Origin: a virus
Taxonomy: Duplodnaviria > Caudoviricetes
Strand: one strand, 5' to 3'
Length of the DNA: 55,015 bases
Virus record (IMG/VR): IMGVR_UViG_3300046411_000570
Span: 1 to 55,015 of that record
The notes under the pieces are model-generated. The model ran no database searches and was not told where the DNA came from. It saw only the letters and a program-made list of their open reading frames with translations. The first letter of the stretch is position 1. Each line of letters starts with the position of its first letter. Positions 29,529 to 39,369 of the stretch are shown in pieces. A program made the position numbers and the translations under genes.

Positions 29529-30350
29529 ATGGCTATCAATCACTATTTTCAAGGCGGCAAAGGGATTGGGAATAATGCCGAAAAAGTATTACACGAAAAC
29601 CTAATCATTGAAGGATTAAAAATATACGGTCAAGACGTATATTACCTACCAAGAACATTAGTCAATAGAGATTTAGTTTTAGGCGAAGACACTACAAGTC
29701 GTTTTGATGACTCGTATATGATTGAAATGTATTTTGAAACAACTGAAGGCTTTGCTGGTGAACAAGAATTAATTAATAAATTTGGTTTAGAAATAAGAGA
29801 AGATACAACATTAGTTGTTTCTAAACGTAGATTTGAGGAACACGTTGCAAGTAAGGCTAATTTAATTGCAGTTGGCAGACCAAATGAAGGTGATATAATC
29901 TATTTACCTTTGATGAATTCATTTTTTGAAATCAAGTTTGTAGAAGACCAAGAGCCATTTTTCCAATTAGGAAATTTACCTGTTTATAAATTAAGAGTAT
30001 CAAGATTTGAATACTCTAACGAAGAAATTAATACAGGACAAGATTTACTTGACCAAGCTGAAGACAAATATACCCTTAACACTTTAAATCATAAACTATC
30101 ATTAGAATCAGGTCAAGTAGCATTAACAGGTGATGGTTCAATTGAATTAGAAGATTACTTTGATTATTCAACTGGTCAGAAATCTTTATTGATGTTAGAG
30201 ACATATTCTGGTACTGATAATATTGCCACACAAAGTCCTTATGCTAGTAATTTAGACTTAAATTCTGAAGCAGGTTATGATACAGCTGGTACAGCTGATG
30301 ATATATTAGACTTTACAGAAAGAAACCCTTTCGGAGAGGTAGATGAATAA
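29529..30350 (+). CDS. gp14: Neck protein gp14
   Basis: GQDVYYLPR, KFGLEIRE, RPNEGDIIY, FEIKFVE..PFFQLG. Confidence 0.93.
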   Translation: MAINHYFQGGKGIGNNAEKVLHENLIIEGLKIYGQDVYYLPRTLVNRDLVLGEDTTSRFDDSYMIEMYFETTEGFAGEQELINKFGLEIREDTTLVVSKRRFEEHVASKANLIAVGRPNEGDIIYLPLMNSFFEIKFVEDQEPFFQLGNLPVYKLRVSRFEYSNEEINTGQDLLDQAEDKYTLNTLNHKLSLESGQVALTGDGSIELEDYFDYSTGQKSLLMLETYSGTDNIATQSPYASNLDLNSEAGYDTAGTADDILDFTERNPFGEVDE

Positions 30351-30517
30351 TGGATAGAGATAGAACAAAACAATTAGTAGAACATACTAATAAAATTAAT
30401 TTAAAGAAAAAAGAATTGGAACTATCTAAATCTTTAAGACAAGAAGTAGAGATAGGTGCTACAGGCACACAAAGATATAGAATTAAAAACGGACCTAATA
30501 AAGGTAAAGTATTATAA
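30350..30517 (+). CDS. Small hypothetical protein (55 aa)
   Basis: Not in ORF track; MDRDRTKQLVEH...GPNKGKVL fills the gap exactly, with TAATG overlaps at both ends. Confidence 0.75.
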   Translation: MDRDRTKQLVEHTNKINLKKKELELSKSLRQEVEIGATGTQRYRIKNGPNKGKVL

Positions 30518-31323
30518 TGTTTGGAACACACTTTTACAATCAAGGTATGAGAAAATTAACAATTGCTTTTGGTCAATTGTTTAATAATATTATAGTACAA
30601 AATACAAGTAGCACAGGTGCTGTCACAAAGAGATATAGAGTACCTTTAGCATATGCACCAAAAGAAAAATTTTTAGTTAGATTAGATGAACAAGCTAATT
30701 TAGAAAGTAGAGAATTTGCACAAAAACTTCCTAGAATGGGATTTGAAATGACTGGTTTGGCTTATGACCCTAGTAGAAAGTTAAATAAAATGCAAAAGTT
30801 TAGACAGGTAAAATCAGGCGAAAATGGTAAAGTTTTAAACTTTAATTACACACCTGTTCCGTACAATGTAAGTTATACCTTAAACATTTTTACAGCAACA
30901 GCAGAAAACGGATTAATTATTGTAGAACAAATTTTACCATTTTTCCAACCTGATTATACGGTAACAATTAATATGGTACCTGAATTAAATATAAAAAGAG
31001 ACGTACCAATAATTTTAAATAATGTTGCTTATGAAGATAGTTATGACGGTAGTTTTACTACAAGAAGAGCCGTAATATATACTTTAAATTTTACAGCAAA
31101 AACTTATTTATTCGGACCAATGACTAATCAAAAAGTTATTAAAGAAGTACAAGATGATTTATATACAGATATTAATAAGCCACCATCAACAAGAGAGGAA
31201 AGGATTATTGTGACACCAAATCCTGCTACTGCTGACGCAGATGATGATTTTGGATTTACTACACAAATTTTAAATTTTAGTGACGGTAAAAATTATAATC
31301 CGGTAACAGATACAGATGAGTAA
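30517..31323 (+). CDS. gp15: Tail sheath stabiliser/completion protein gp15
   Basis: FGQLFNNI, VPLAYAPKEKF, LPRMGF, PVPYN, EQILPFFQP. Confidence 0.93.
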   Translation: MFGTHFYNQGMRKLTIAFGQLFNNIIVQNTSSTGAVTKRYRVPLAYAPKEKFLVRLDEQANLESREFAQKLPRMGFEMTGLAYDPSRKLNKMQKFRQVKSGENGKVLNFNYTPVPYNVSYTLNIFTATAENGLIIVEQILPFFQPDYTVTINMVPELNIKRDVPIILNNVAYEDSYDGSFTTRRAVIYTLNFTAKTYLFGPMTNQKVIKEVQDDLYTDINKPPSTREERIIVTPNPATADADDDFGFTTQILNFSDGKNYNPVTDTDE

Positions 31324-31783
31324 ACTTGAAGATAACGTAAATGAAATTTTAGGAATTGAAAAGAAAACTGAAGTTGCTATAAAAGACTTTGAGCAACCAG
31401 CTCCTGTTCCTAGAAAAGTAGATGAAAATAAAAATGATATTGATAATGATTATGTAAATAGTAGAGATAATTATTATAATCTAATAGATAAAGGTAATCA
31501 AGCCATTGAAGGTATATTAGATATTGCAAAAGAAGGCCAACACCCTAGAGCATATGAAGTTGCAGGTCAATTGATTGGTCAAGTTGCACAAACGGTAGAT
31601 AAATTACAAGACTTGCAGAAAAAATTAAAAGATTTAAAAGAAGTACCTAACAAAACAAGTGCTAATATTAAAAATGCTTTGTTTGTTGGTTCAACGGCAG
31701 AATTACAAAAGATGTTAAAAAAAGATGAAGTTATTGAAGGCGAAAGCACAACAGCAACCGAAGATAATACTGGAAATAAGTAA
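31316..31783 (+). CDS. gp16: Terminase small subunit gp16
   Basis: HPRAYEVAGQL, NALFVGSTAELQKML. Confidence 0.92.
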   Translation: MSKLEDNVNEILGIEKKTEVAIKDFEQPAPVPRKVDENKNDIDNDYVNSRDNYYNLIDKGNQAIEGILDIAKEGQHPRAYEVAGQLIGQVAQTVDKLQDLQKKLKDLKEVPNKTSANIKNALFVGSTAELQKMLKKDEVIEGESTTATEDNTGNK

Positions 31784-32012
31784 AATCCATTATATCAAAT
31801 CTATGACACCATTGCCAGAGTTAATGGCTGGTGAGGAGTTGCAGAATCCTATTGAAGTAAGACAACATCACTATTCTTTGACACCTAGAAAAGGTGTTGG
31901 TGGTGTACCTTATGAAGAAAAACATTATAGTGTTTTTAGAGGTAGTCAAAGGGTACAAGCAGCTTTAAAGTTAGGTTATACACATATAGAGGCAGTAGTA
32001 ATAAATGAGTGA
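31725..32012 (+). CDS. Small ParB/Srx-like protein
   Basis: NPIEV...YSVFRGSQRVQAALKLGYTHIEAVV matches the GxxRxxA ParB N-terminal motif. Confidence 0.65.
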   Translation: MKLLKAKAQQQPKIILEISKIHYIKSMTPLPELMAGEELQNPIEVRQHHYSLTPRKGVGGVPYEEKHYSVFRGSQRVQAALKLGYTHIEAVVINE

Positions 32013-33633
32013 TTCATATCTAGGTAATCCAAATTTAAAAAAAGTAAATACACCTGTTGAATTTACAAAAGACCAAATTGTAGAATTTCAAAAGTGTAAT
32101 AAAGACCCTATTTACTTTATGAAAAAATTTATTCGTATTGTATCTCTTGATGAGGGTCTAGTACCTTTTGAAATGTATCCTTTTCAAGAACATATTGTAA
32201 GAACAATACACGATAATAGATTTACAATATGCAAACTACCAAGACAATCAGGTAAATCAACTACCGTGGTTTCTTATCTATTACATTATGCATTGTTTAA
32301 TCCTAATTCAAACATTGCCATACTTGCTAATAAATCTTCTACTGCTAGAGATATTTTAAGTAGAGTACAATTAGCATATGAAAACTTACCAAAATGGTTA
32401 CAACAAGGTGTTATAAACTGGAACAAAGGTAATATAGAATTAGAAAATAAATCTACCATTGTGGCGGCTGCAACATCTTCAAGTGCAATCCGAGGTGGTT
32501 CTTATAATATTATTTTTCTTGATGAGTACGCTTTCGTACCACCTAATATAGCAGAAATGTTTTTTAGCTCAGTTTATCCAACAATATCATCTGGTTCTAA
32601 AACTAAAATGATTATTGTATCTACACCTTATGGTATGAATCAGTTTTATAAATTATGGACAGACGCAGAAAATAAAAGAAATGATTATGTACCTATTGAA
32701 GTACATTGGTCAGAGGTACCAGGTCGTGATGAGAAGTGGAAAGACGATACTATTAGAAATACCTCACCAGAGCAATTTCAACAAGAGTTTGAATGTGAGT
32801 TTTTAGGTTCTGTAAATACACTTATTAGTCCAGCAAAAATTAAAAATATTACTTTTCATACACCAATAAAATCAAATGCAGGCTTAGATGTTTATGAAGA
32901 CCCTATTAAAGATAAAACATACGTGTGTTGTGTTGATGTCGCTAGAGGTGTATCAAAAGATTATTCAGCATTTACAATTATTGACGCTACACAAATGCCT
33001 TATAAGGTTGTGGCTAAATACAGAAACAATGAAGTAAAACCTATTTTGTTTCCTCACACAATTGAAAGAGTATGTAAAGCATATAATCACGCTCATATAT
33101 TAGTAGAAACAAATGACCTAGGTCAACAAATTGCAGAAGCTTTACAATTTGAATTAGAGTATGATAACTTGTTAATGACTACACAAAGAGGTCGTGCTGG
33201 TCAAATATTAGGCGCAGGTTTTTCAGGTAGAGGTTCTGGTTTTGGTGTTAGAATGACTAAACAGATTAAAAAAATTGGTTGTGCTAATATTAAAACACTA
33301 ATTGAAAGTGATAAGTTAATTATTAATGACTTTAATATCATTGAGGAGATGTCAACATTTATTAAAAAAGGTCAAAGTTGGCAGGCTGAAGAAGGAAATT
33401 CAGACGATTTGATGATGTGTTTAGTTATATTTGGTTGGTTATCTAATCAACCATTCTTTAAAGAAATGACAGATACTAACGCAAGACAACAACTATACGA
33501 AGAACAACAAAACTTAATTGAGCAAGATATGTCACCTTTTGGCTTCGTGGATGATGGTACTCCTGACCACGAAAAGGTAGAAGTTGACGAATACGGTACG
33601 GTTTGGCACCCCGTAGTGAGAAAAGGTCTATAA
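32005..33633 (+). CDS. gp17: Terminase large subunit gp17
   Basis: PRQSGKST (Walker A), IIFLDEYAF (Walker B), VDVARG, DDLMM. Confidence 0.97.
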   Translation: MSDSYLGNPNLKKVNTPVEFTKDQIVEFQKCNKDPIYFMKKFIRIVSLDEGLVPFEMYPFQEHIVRTIHDNRFTICKLPRQSGKSTTVVSYLLHYALFNPNSNIAILANKSSTARDILSRVQLAYENLPKWLQQGVINWNKGNIELENKSTIVAAATSSSAIRGGSYNIIFLDEYAFVPPNIAEMFFSSVYPTISSGSKTKMIIVSTPYGMNQFYKLWTDAENKRNDYVPIEVHWSEVPGRDEKWKDDTIRNTSPEQFQQEFECEFLGSVNTLISPAKIKNITFHTPIKSNAGLDVYEDPIKDKTYVCCVDVARGVSKDYSAFTIIDATQMPYKVVAKYRNNEVKPILFPHTIERVCKAYNHAHILVETNDLGQQIAEALQFELEYDNLLMTTQRGRAGQILGAGFSGRGSGFGVRMTKQIKKIGCANIKTLIESDKLIINDFNIIEEMSTFIKKGQSWQAEEGNSDDLMMCLVIFGWLSNQPFFKEMTDTNARQQLYEEQQNLIEQDMSPFGFVDDGTPDHEKVEVDEYGTVWHPVVRKGL

Positions 33634-33644
33634 ACTACGTATAT

Positions 33645-33652
33645 TATAAATA
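33645..33652 (+). promoter_or_regulatory. T4-type late promoter for gp18
   Basis: Intergenic TATAAATA, 97 nt before the gp18 ATG. Confidence 0.8.
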
Positions 33653-33749
33653 TCAGTAGAGTATGAAATTTGACTATGGGCGTATGAACAATACGAGTTT
33701 TGACTAAAATGAGTAATAATAATTTGCAAATTAAGAAGGAGAAACCCTA

Positions 33750-35669
33750 ATGGCATTTCAAGTATCACCAGGTGTTCTCGTACAGGAAAAAGACTTAACA
33801 AGAATTATACCTGCTGTTTCAACTTCAACAGGCGCTTTTGCTGGAAAATTCAGTAAAGGTCCTTTGGACGAAGTAGTAAGTATTTCTAGTGAGCAAGAAC
33901 TTGTAGCAACTTTTGGCAAACCTGATTCTTCAAACTTTGAAGATTTTTTCAGCGCTGCTAACTTTCTACAATATTCTAATGCTTTAAGAGTTGTACGTGT
34001 ACAGAATTCATCTGTATCAAACGCTACCGAATCAGGTTCGGCGTTTGTAATAAAAAATACTACTGATTACACAAATAACTATGCCGCTGGTCAAGCTTCT
34101 GTTGGTTTATGGGCAGGTAGAACTGCTGGCGCATTTGGAAACTCTTTACAGATTTCCTCTTGTCCATCTGCTACTGCTTATGAAGAAGTAAACAAAACTA
34201 CCGTTGCTGACGCCGCTATGGCTGTCGGTGACACGGTTGTGACGGTTACTTCAGCAGCAGGAATTACGGCTGGAGACATTGTTAATTTTGGTGATGAGTA
34301 CGAATATAGAGTAATAAGTGTGGCTACTAATGATTTAAACATTGTTAGAAAAGATGAGCCTGCTTATTTTGGTACGTCTGAATCTTCTGGTCTACATCAA
34401 GCACCTACAAACGGCGCTCAAGTAAGACGAAGATGGAAATATTACGATTTATTTGACAGAGCACCAGGAACATCACCTTATGCACAAGCTAAGAGTGGTG
34501 TAAATGATGAACTTCACATTGTTGTAATAGACGAAGATGGTGAAATTACAGGAACTAAAGGCGATGTTTTAGAAAAATTTGAAGCAGTATCAAAAGCTTC
34601 AGACGCTAAGACAAGTCAAGGTTCTGTAAATTACTATCCAGATGTAATCTATAAAGCTTCAAACTATATCTACTGGATGGACCACAACGCTGGCGGTTCA
34701 AACTGGGGTAGTGCAGCTTCAGGAACAACTTTCACAGACGTGACTGCTGTTTCTAATGTATCACTTCAGGCTGGTTCTGATGGTTCAACAGCGACAATCG
34801 GCCAAAGAAAAACGGCATATGAAAAATTCCAAGACGGTGAAACCGTTGATATCGGATTAATCATTGCTGGTGCCGGTGACGCTACACATATCGGAAACTT
34901 AATCACGATTGCAGAGAACAGAAAAGACGCTGTTGTATTTGCAAGTCCTGAAAGAAGTGACGTTGTAGGTATCGCTGACGCAAATACACAAAAGAGTAAT
35001 GTTGTTGCATTTTTCAATACAATCAACTCATCATCTTACGTAGTATTTGATTCAGGTTACAAATATATGTACGACAGATATAGTGACGTTTATAGATATG
35101 TTCCACTTAACGGAGATATCGCAGGTCTTTCAGCACGAACTGACCTTGTTGCAGACAGCTGGTTCTCACCTGCTGGTTTCAACAGAGGTATAATCAGAGG
35201 CGCTGTTAAACTTGCATTTAATCCAACTAAAGCACAAAGAGACGAATTGTACAGAGCAAGAGTAAATCCTGTTGCAACCTTCCCAGGCCAAGGTACAATA
35301 CTTTTCGGTGATAAAACTGGATTAACTGCTCCAAGTGCTTTTGATAGAATCAACGTAAGAAGATTGTTTATCACTTTAGAGAAGGCGATAGCAACTGCTT
35401 CTAAATTCCAACTCTTTGAATTCAATGATGAGTTTACAAGAGCTAACTTTAGAAACATTGTAGAACCTTTTTTAAGAGAAGTACAAGGTAGAAGAGGTAT
35501 CACAGACTTTTTAGTTGTTTGTGATGAAACTAATAACACAGGCGAAGTAATTGATAGAAATGAATTTATAGCAGAAATCTTTGTGAAACCTGCTAGAAGT
35601 ATCAACTTTATCACATTACAATTTATCGCTACTAGAACCGGCGTCTCTTTTGACGAAGTTGCTGGGTAA
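33750..35669 (+). CDS. gp18: Tail sheath protein gp18
   Basis: SPGVLVQEKD, WFSPAG, FDRINVRRLF, FEFNDEFTR, KPARSINFI. Confidence 0.97.
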   Translation: MAFQVSPGVLVQEKDLTRIIPAVSTSTGAFAGKFSKGPLDEVVSISSEQELVATFGKPDSSNFEDFFSAANFLQYSNALRVVRVQNSSVSNATESGSAFVIKNTTDYTNNYAAGQASVGLWAGRTAGAFGNSLQISSCPSATAYEEVNKTTVADAAMAVGDTVVTVTSAAGITAGDIVNFGDEYEYRVISVATNDLNIVRKDEPAYFGTSESSGLHQAPTNGAQVRRRWKYYDLFDRAPGTSPYAQAKSGVNDELHIVVIDEDGEITGTKGDVLEKFEAVSKASDAKTSQGSVNYYPDVIYKASNYIYWMDHNAGGSNWGSAASGTTFTDVTAVSNVSLQAGSDGSTATIGQRKTAYEKFQDGETVDIGLIIAGAGDATHIGNLITIAENRKDAVVFASPERSDVVGIADANTQKSNVVAFFNTINSSSYVVFDSGYKYMYDRYSDVYRYVPLNGDIAGLSARTDLVADSWFSPAGFNRGIIRGAVKLAFNPTKAQRDELYRARVNPVATFPGQGTILFGDKTGLTAPSAFDRINVRRLFITLEKAIATASKFQLFEFNDEFTRANFRNIVEPFLREVQGRRGITDFLVVCDETNNTGEVIDRNEFIAEIFVKPARSINFITLQFIATRTGVSFDEVAG

Positions 35670-35692
35670 GTATAGAATAGGAGAAATAAAAA

Positions 35693-36220
35693 ATGGCAAA
35701 CATTAATGACTTCAAAGCTAAACTTGCAGGCGGCGGCTCAAGAGCCAATCAGTTTAAGGTTACAATGCCTTTTCCTGGTTACGCACAGGTTGGTGGCGAA
35801 ATAGAGGAACTAGCATTCTTATGTAAGGGCACTCAACTTCCGGCAATGACGATACCGTCATTTACGGTTCCGTTCAGAGGCAGACAAATTAAGATTGCTG
35901 GTGATAGAACATACGCTGATTGGACAATCACGGTACTAAATGATACAAACTTCAAATTAAGAAACGCATTTGAAAGATGGTCAAATGGTATTAACAATGC
36001 GACAGATGGTGAAGGATTAACAAATCCTGCTGACTATCAAGTTGACGCATTTGTTGACCAATTAGATAGAAACGGTGCAACTATTAAGTCGTACACTTTA
36101 AGAGGTGCTTTCCCGACTGAAATAGCTGCAATTGACTTGGCATATGACACTAACGATTCGATTGAAGAGTTTGGTGTTACCTTTGCTTATCAATATTTTG
36201 AAAGTAATACTACTACATAA
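35693..36220 (+). CDS. gp19: Tail tube protein gp19
   Basis: RANQFKV, FRGRQIKIAGDRTYADW. Confidence 0.95.
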   Translation: MANINDFKAKLAGGGSRANQFKVTMPFPGYAQVGGEIEELAFLCKGTQLPAMTIPSFTVPFRGRQIKIAGDRTYADWTITVLNDTNFKLRNAFERWSNGINNATDGEGLTNPADYQVDAFVDQLDRNGATIKSYTLRGAFPTEIAAIDLAYDTNDSIEEFGVTFAYQYFESNTTT

Positions 36221-36227
36221 TAAGTAG

Positions 36228-36235
36228 TATAAATA
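36228..36235 (+). promoter_or_regulatory. T4-type late promoter
   Basis: Intergenic TATAAATA before gp20. Confidence 0.8.
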
Positions 36236-36263
36236 TTAGTAATATAAAAAGTAAGGATATATA

Positions 36264-37778
36264 ATGGCAGAATTATTTGGATTTTCTATCACTAGGGCAA
36301 AGAAACCCCAGGATCCAAAACAAAGCTTTACTACACCACAAGCGGAAGACGGTACACAAACCGTCGCCGCTGGTGGTTATTTCGGTCAGTACCTTGATAT
36401 GGAAGGTACTGCTAGAAATGAGCAGGAACTAATTAGAAGATATAGAGAGATTGCATTACACCCCGAGTGTGATATGGCAATTGAAGATATCGTTAACGAA
36501 GCTATCGTTGCTAATGAGTTGAAAGACGCAGTAAAACTGGATTTGGGTAATCTTGACTTTGGTTTAGAAATTAAAAAGAAAATAGATAACGAATTTAAAG
36601 AAGTATTAAGGTTGATGAACTTTAATACAAGAGGTCACGACTTATTTAGAAGATGGTACGTTGATGGCAGAATATACTATCATAAAATTATAGATAGAGA
36701 TTCACCAATCAAAGGTATAACTGAATTAAGATATATTGACCCCCGAAAAATCAAAAAGATTAGAGAAATAAGAAAGAAAAGACCTGATGGTCCTACTCCT
36801 TATGGTCTAACGGTTGTTGATGAGTTTGAAGAATACTACATTTACAACGAAAAGGGTGTTTCAAACACTACTTCAGGTGGTATTAAAATTGCTCCTGACG
36901 CAGTTGCTTTTTGTCCGTCTGGTATAGTAGACCAGAATAAGAATATAGTATTATCTTATTTACATAAAGCAATTAAACCTGTAAATCAGTTGCGTATGAT
37001 TGAAGACGCTTCAGTTATTTACAGAATAGCAAGGGCACCTGAAAGAAGAATTTTTAAGATTGATGTAGGTAATTTACCTAAAGCAAAAGCTGAACAATAT
37101 CTACGTGATGTTATGGCAAGATATAGAAACAAACTTGTTTATGACGCAAGCACAGGTGAAATCAAAGACGATAGAAATTATATGTCTATGTTGGAAGATT
37201 TCTGGTTGCCAAGTAGAGAGGGTGGTAGAGGTACACAAATAGATACTTTACCAGGTGGTGCAAATTTAGGTGAGATTGCAGACATTGAATATTTTAGAGC
37301 GAAGTTATATCGTTCTTTAAATGTACCTGTAAGTAGATTAGAGTCTTCTTCAGGATTTAATTTAGGTCGTTCAACTGAAATTACAAGAGACGAATTGAAG
37401 TTTACAAAATTTGTTCAAAGATTAAGAAAGAAATTTACTGAAGTCTTTAATGATATTTTAAGAACACAATTAGTTTTAAAAGGTGTAATTGCTGAAGAAG
37501 AATGGCACTTTATTAGAGATAATATACTATATAATTTCTTGCAAGACGGACATTTTGCAGAATTGAAAGAGTCAGAAATGTTAATGGAAAGATTGAGACT
37601 GGCTGATTCAATGAGAGATTATGTTGGTAAATATTTTTCTGTGGAGTTTGTTAGAAAAAATGTATTAAGACAAACAGACAGAGAGATAGCAGCTATTGAT
37701 AAACAAATTAAGAAAGAAATTGATGACGGTATTATCGCTATGCCAGACGCTGGTGAATATACTAGAGAAATCAAATAG
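36264..37778 (+). CDS. gp20: Portal vertex protein gp20
   Basis: WYVDGR, YRIARAPERRIF, EDFWLPSREGGRGT, EITRDELKF. Confidence 0.97.
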   Translation: MAELFGFSITRAKKPQDPKQSFTTPQAEDGTQTVAAGGYFGQYLDMEGTARNEQELIRRYREIALHPECDMAIEDIVNEAIVANELKDAVKLDLGNLDFGLEIKKKIDNEFKEVLRLMNFNTRGHDLFRRWYVDGRIYYHKIIDRDSPIKGITELRYIDPRKIKKIREIRKKRPDGPTPYGLTVVDEFEEYYIYNEKGVSNTTSGGIKIAPDAVAFCPSGIVDQNKNIVLSYLHKAIKPVNQLRMIEDASVIYRIARAPERRIFKIDVGNLPKAKAEQYLRDVMARYRNKLVYDASTGEIKDDRNYMSMLEDFWLPSREGGRGTQIDTLPGGANLGEIADIEYFRAKLYRSLNVPVSRLESSSGFNLGRSTEITRDELKFTKFVQRLRKKFTEVFNDILRTQLVLKGVIAEEEWHFIRDNILYNFLQDGHFAELKESEMLMERLRLADSMRDYVGKYFSVEFVRKNVLRQTDREIAAIDKQIKKEIDDGIIAMPDAGEYTREIK

Positions 37779-37788
37779 GAGATAAATT

Positions 37789-38109
37789 ATGACGGAAAAA
37801 ATACAAGATTTTGTGGACAAATTGGCCACAGGAGATAATGCTGGCGCAGGCGAAGCATTTAAAGACGCATTAAGAGATAAAGTAGCAACTTCTCTTGACG
37901 CACAAAGGCAAGATATCGCAGGTAAAATATTTAATGGAGTACCTGAACCGGAAGCACACAGCGACCCGAAACCAGCGGTAACAGAACCTTCGCCTAAAAC
38001 TGACCAAATGATGGACACTACTGGACAAGAAATTGAATTTACACCAAATACAGAAACGCCAACGGCAGAGGCACCAGTGAGTAATGATGAAAGTCAGCCA
38101 AGTAATTAA
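37789..38109 (+). CDS. Putative prohead core protein (gp67-like position)
   Basis: Acidic 106-aa ORF directly after gp20; F..AL.DKV...LDA.R helix. Confidence 0.6.
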   Translation: MTEKIQDFVDKLATGDNAGAGEAFKDALRDKVATSLDAQRQDIAGKIFNGVPEPEAHSDPKPAVTEPSPKTDQMMDTTGQEIEFTPNTETPTAEAPVSNDESQPSN

Positions 38110-38311
38110 ACAAGACGTGGTTGATACTTCAACATTTAAAGAATTGCCACCACTTCATAAAGATTTGGTGACAGACTTTTATAATAATTTAGACTATGAT
38201 AATGATGACATTGTTAAAGAGGTTGAAACAACAATAGATGATGTTTCACTTCAACATAATATAAAAACAGATGTTATCTATGATTACATAGATAAAGAAT
38301 TAGGAGTATAA
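38084..38311 (+). CDS. Hypothetical acidic protein
   Basis: 75 aa, in head operon. Confidence 0.7.
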   Translation: MMKVSQVIKQDVVDTSTFKELPPLHKDLVTDFYNNLDYDNDDIVKEVETTIDDVSLQHNIKTDVIYDYIDKELGV

Positions 38312-38313
38312 AG

Positions 38314-38550
38314 ATGGCGTGGGTCACGGTACCAGGTTCAAATAGTTTGTGGCAATATGAAAATACTGCTACGGTATCTAATACATATCCAGACTCGGCT
38401 GCTGGGGCAAACTCAACGGTTTCTGGTGGTATAAGAACACATACAAGACCAGGAACTAATGCTGTCACAAAAATTTATATGAGAACACGAATGACTGGTG
38501 AAACGGTTGAACGTGGTGAATTATCAAAAACTTATTATGATGGTCAATAA
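38314..38550 (+). CDS. Hypothetical protein
   Basis: 78 aa, AGGAG SD. Confidence 0.75.
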   Translation: MAWVTVPGSNSLWQYENTATVSNTYPDSAAGANSTVSGGIRTHTRPGTNAVTKIYMRTRMTGETVERGELSKTYYDGQ

Positions 38551-38939
38551 TGACAATACTTTGGTTTGATAATACTGATACTGAATCTAAATCTATTGTA
38601 CACAAATTAGATGATGATTTTAAAGTCATTACAAATATAAAAGGTATACAATCAGATGGTGGTACGGTAGTTGATGTTTCTAAATTAAAGAACGCTACAA
38701 GTCAACCAAAAATTAGTATTGCAAATGTTAATTATGAAATATTTGGAACAGGTAATGTTAAACTAACACTTGGTCAAAAAGAATTGTCTATAAGTGGTAG
38801 AGGTAATTATGGATTAAAACCAACTGAATCAAAGTTGGTTGATGAGGCAGAGCAGAGTGTACAACTATTAGCAGATTCTACGGTGCCAAAATTTAATATA
38901 AGTTTAGAATGTCACAAAGAATCAGGATTTGAGGAATAA
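38550..38939 (+). CDS. Hypothetical (putative head-associated) protein
   Basis: 129 aa; resembles the next ORF. Confidence 0.75.
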   Translation: MTILWFDNTDTESKSIVHKLDDDFKVITNIKGIQSDGGTVVDVSKLKNATSQPKISIANVNYEIFGTGNVKLTLGQKELSISGRGNYGLKPTESKLVDEAEQSVQLLADSTVPKFNISLECHKESGFEE

Positions 38940-38941
38940 AA

Positions 38942-39334
38942 ATGGCAGATACGGTAACAACACAGATATTAGCGGATACAATAGGCGTAAAGTTTGTTGC
39001 AAAATTAACTAATCTATCAGACGGCACAGGCGAGAATTTAGTTAAAAAAATAGACGCTTCAGAGGTCACATTTATGACTGAAGACGGTAATAGAAAAATT
39101 GCCAAAATTTGGTATTCTATTAATACGTCTGATTCTAAATCAGCAGTTGAATTGATTTGGAACGGAGCAACAAATTCAACAGCAACAATTTTGAGTGGTA
39201 ATGGGTATTGGGATTTGCGTACAGCAGGTAATGAGATAACAAATAATGCGACAACACCTACTGGAGACGTACTATTATCAACTAAAAACTTTGCTGTAAA
39301 TGATAATTATACGATTATTGTTGAATTCAGATAA
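38942..39334 (+). CDS. Hypothetical (putative head-associated) protein
   Basis: 130 aa, TNLSDGTGE..KIDAS..KIWYS..LSGNG; GAGG SD. Confidence 0.78.
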   Translation: MADTVTTQILADTIGVKFVAKLTNLSDGTGENLVKKIDASEVTFMTEDGNRKIAKIWYSINTSDSKSAVELIWNGATNSTATILSGNGYWDLRTAGNEITNNATTPTGDVLLSTKNFAVNDNYTIIVEFR

Positions 39335-39341
39335 TAATTGT

Positions 39342-39349
39342 TATAAATA
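39342..39349 (+). promoter_or_regulatory. T4-type late promoter
   Basis: Intergenic TATAAATA before gp21. Confidence 0.8.
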
Positions 39350-39369
39350 TATAACAAGAGAGAGAAAAA

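Noticed and set aside
35090-35614. 174-aa minus-strand ORF and other antisense or alternate-frame ORFs in the track (e.g. 37665-38018, 49382-49684, 51491-51871, 52847-53299)
   Set aside because: They shadow well-supported genes, lack SD or motifs, and are expected from codon bias
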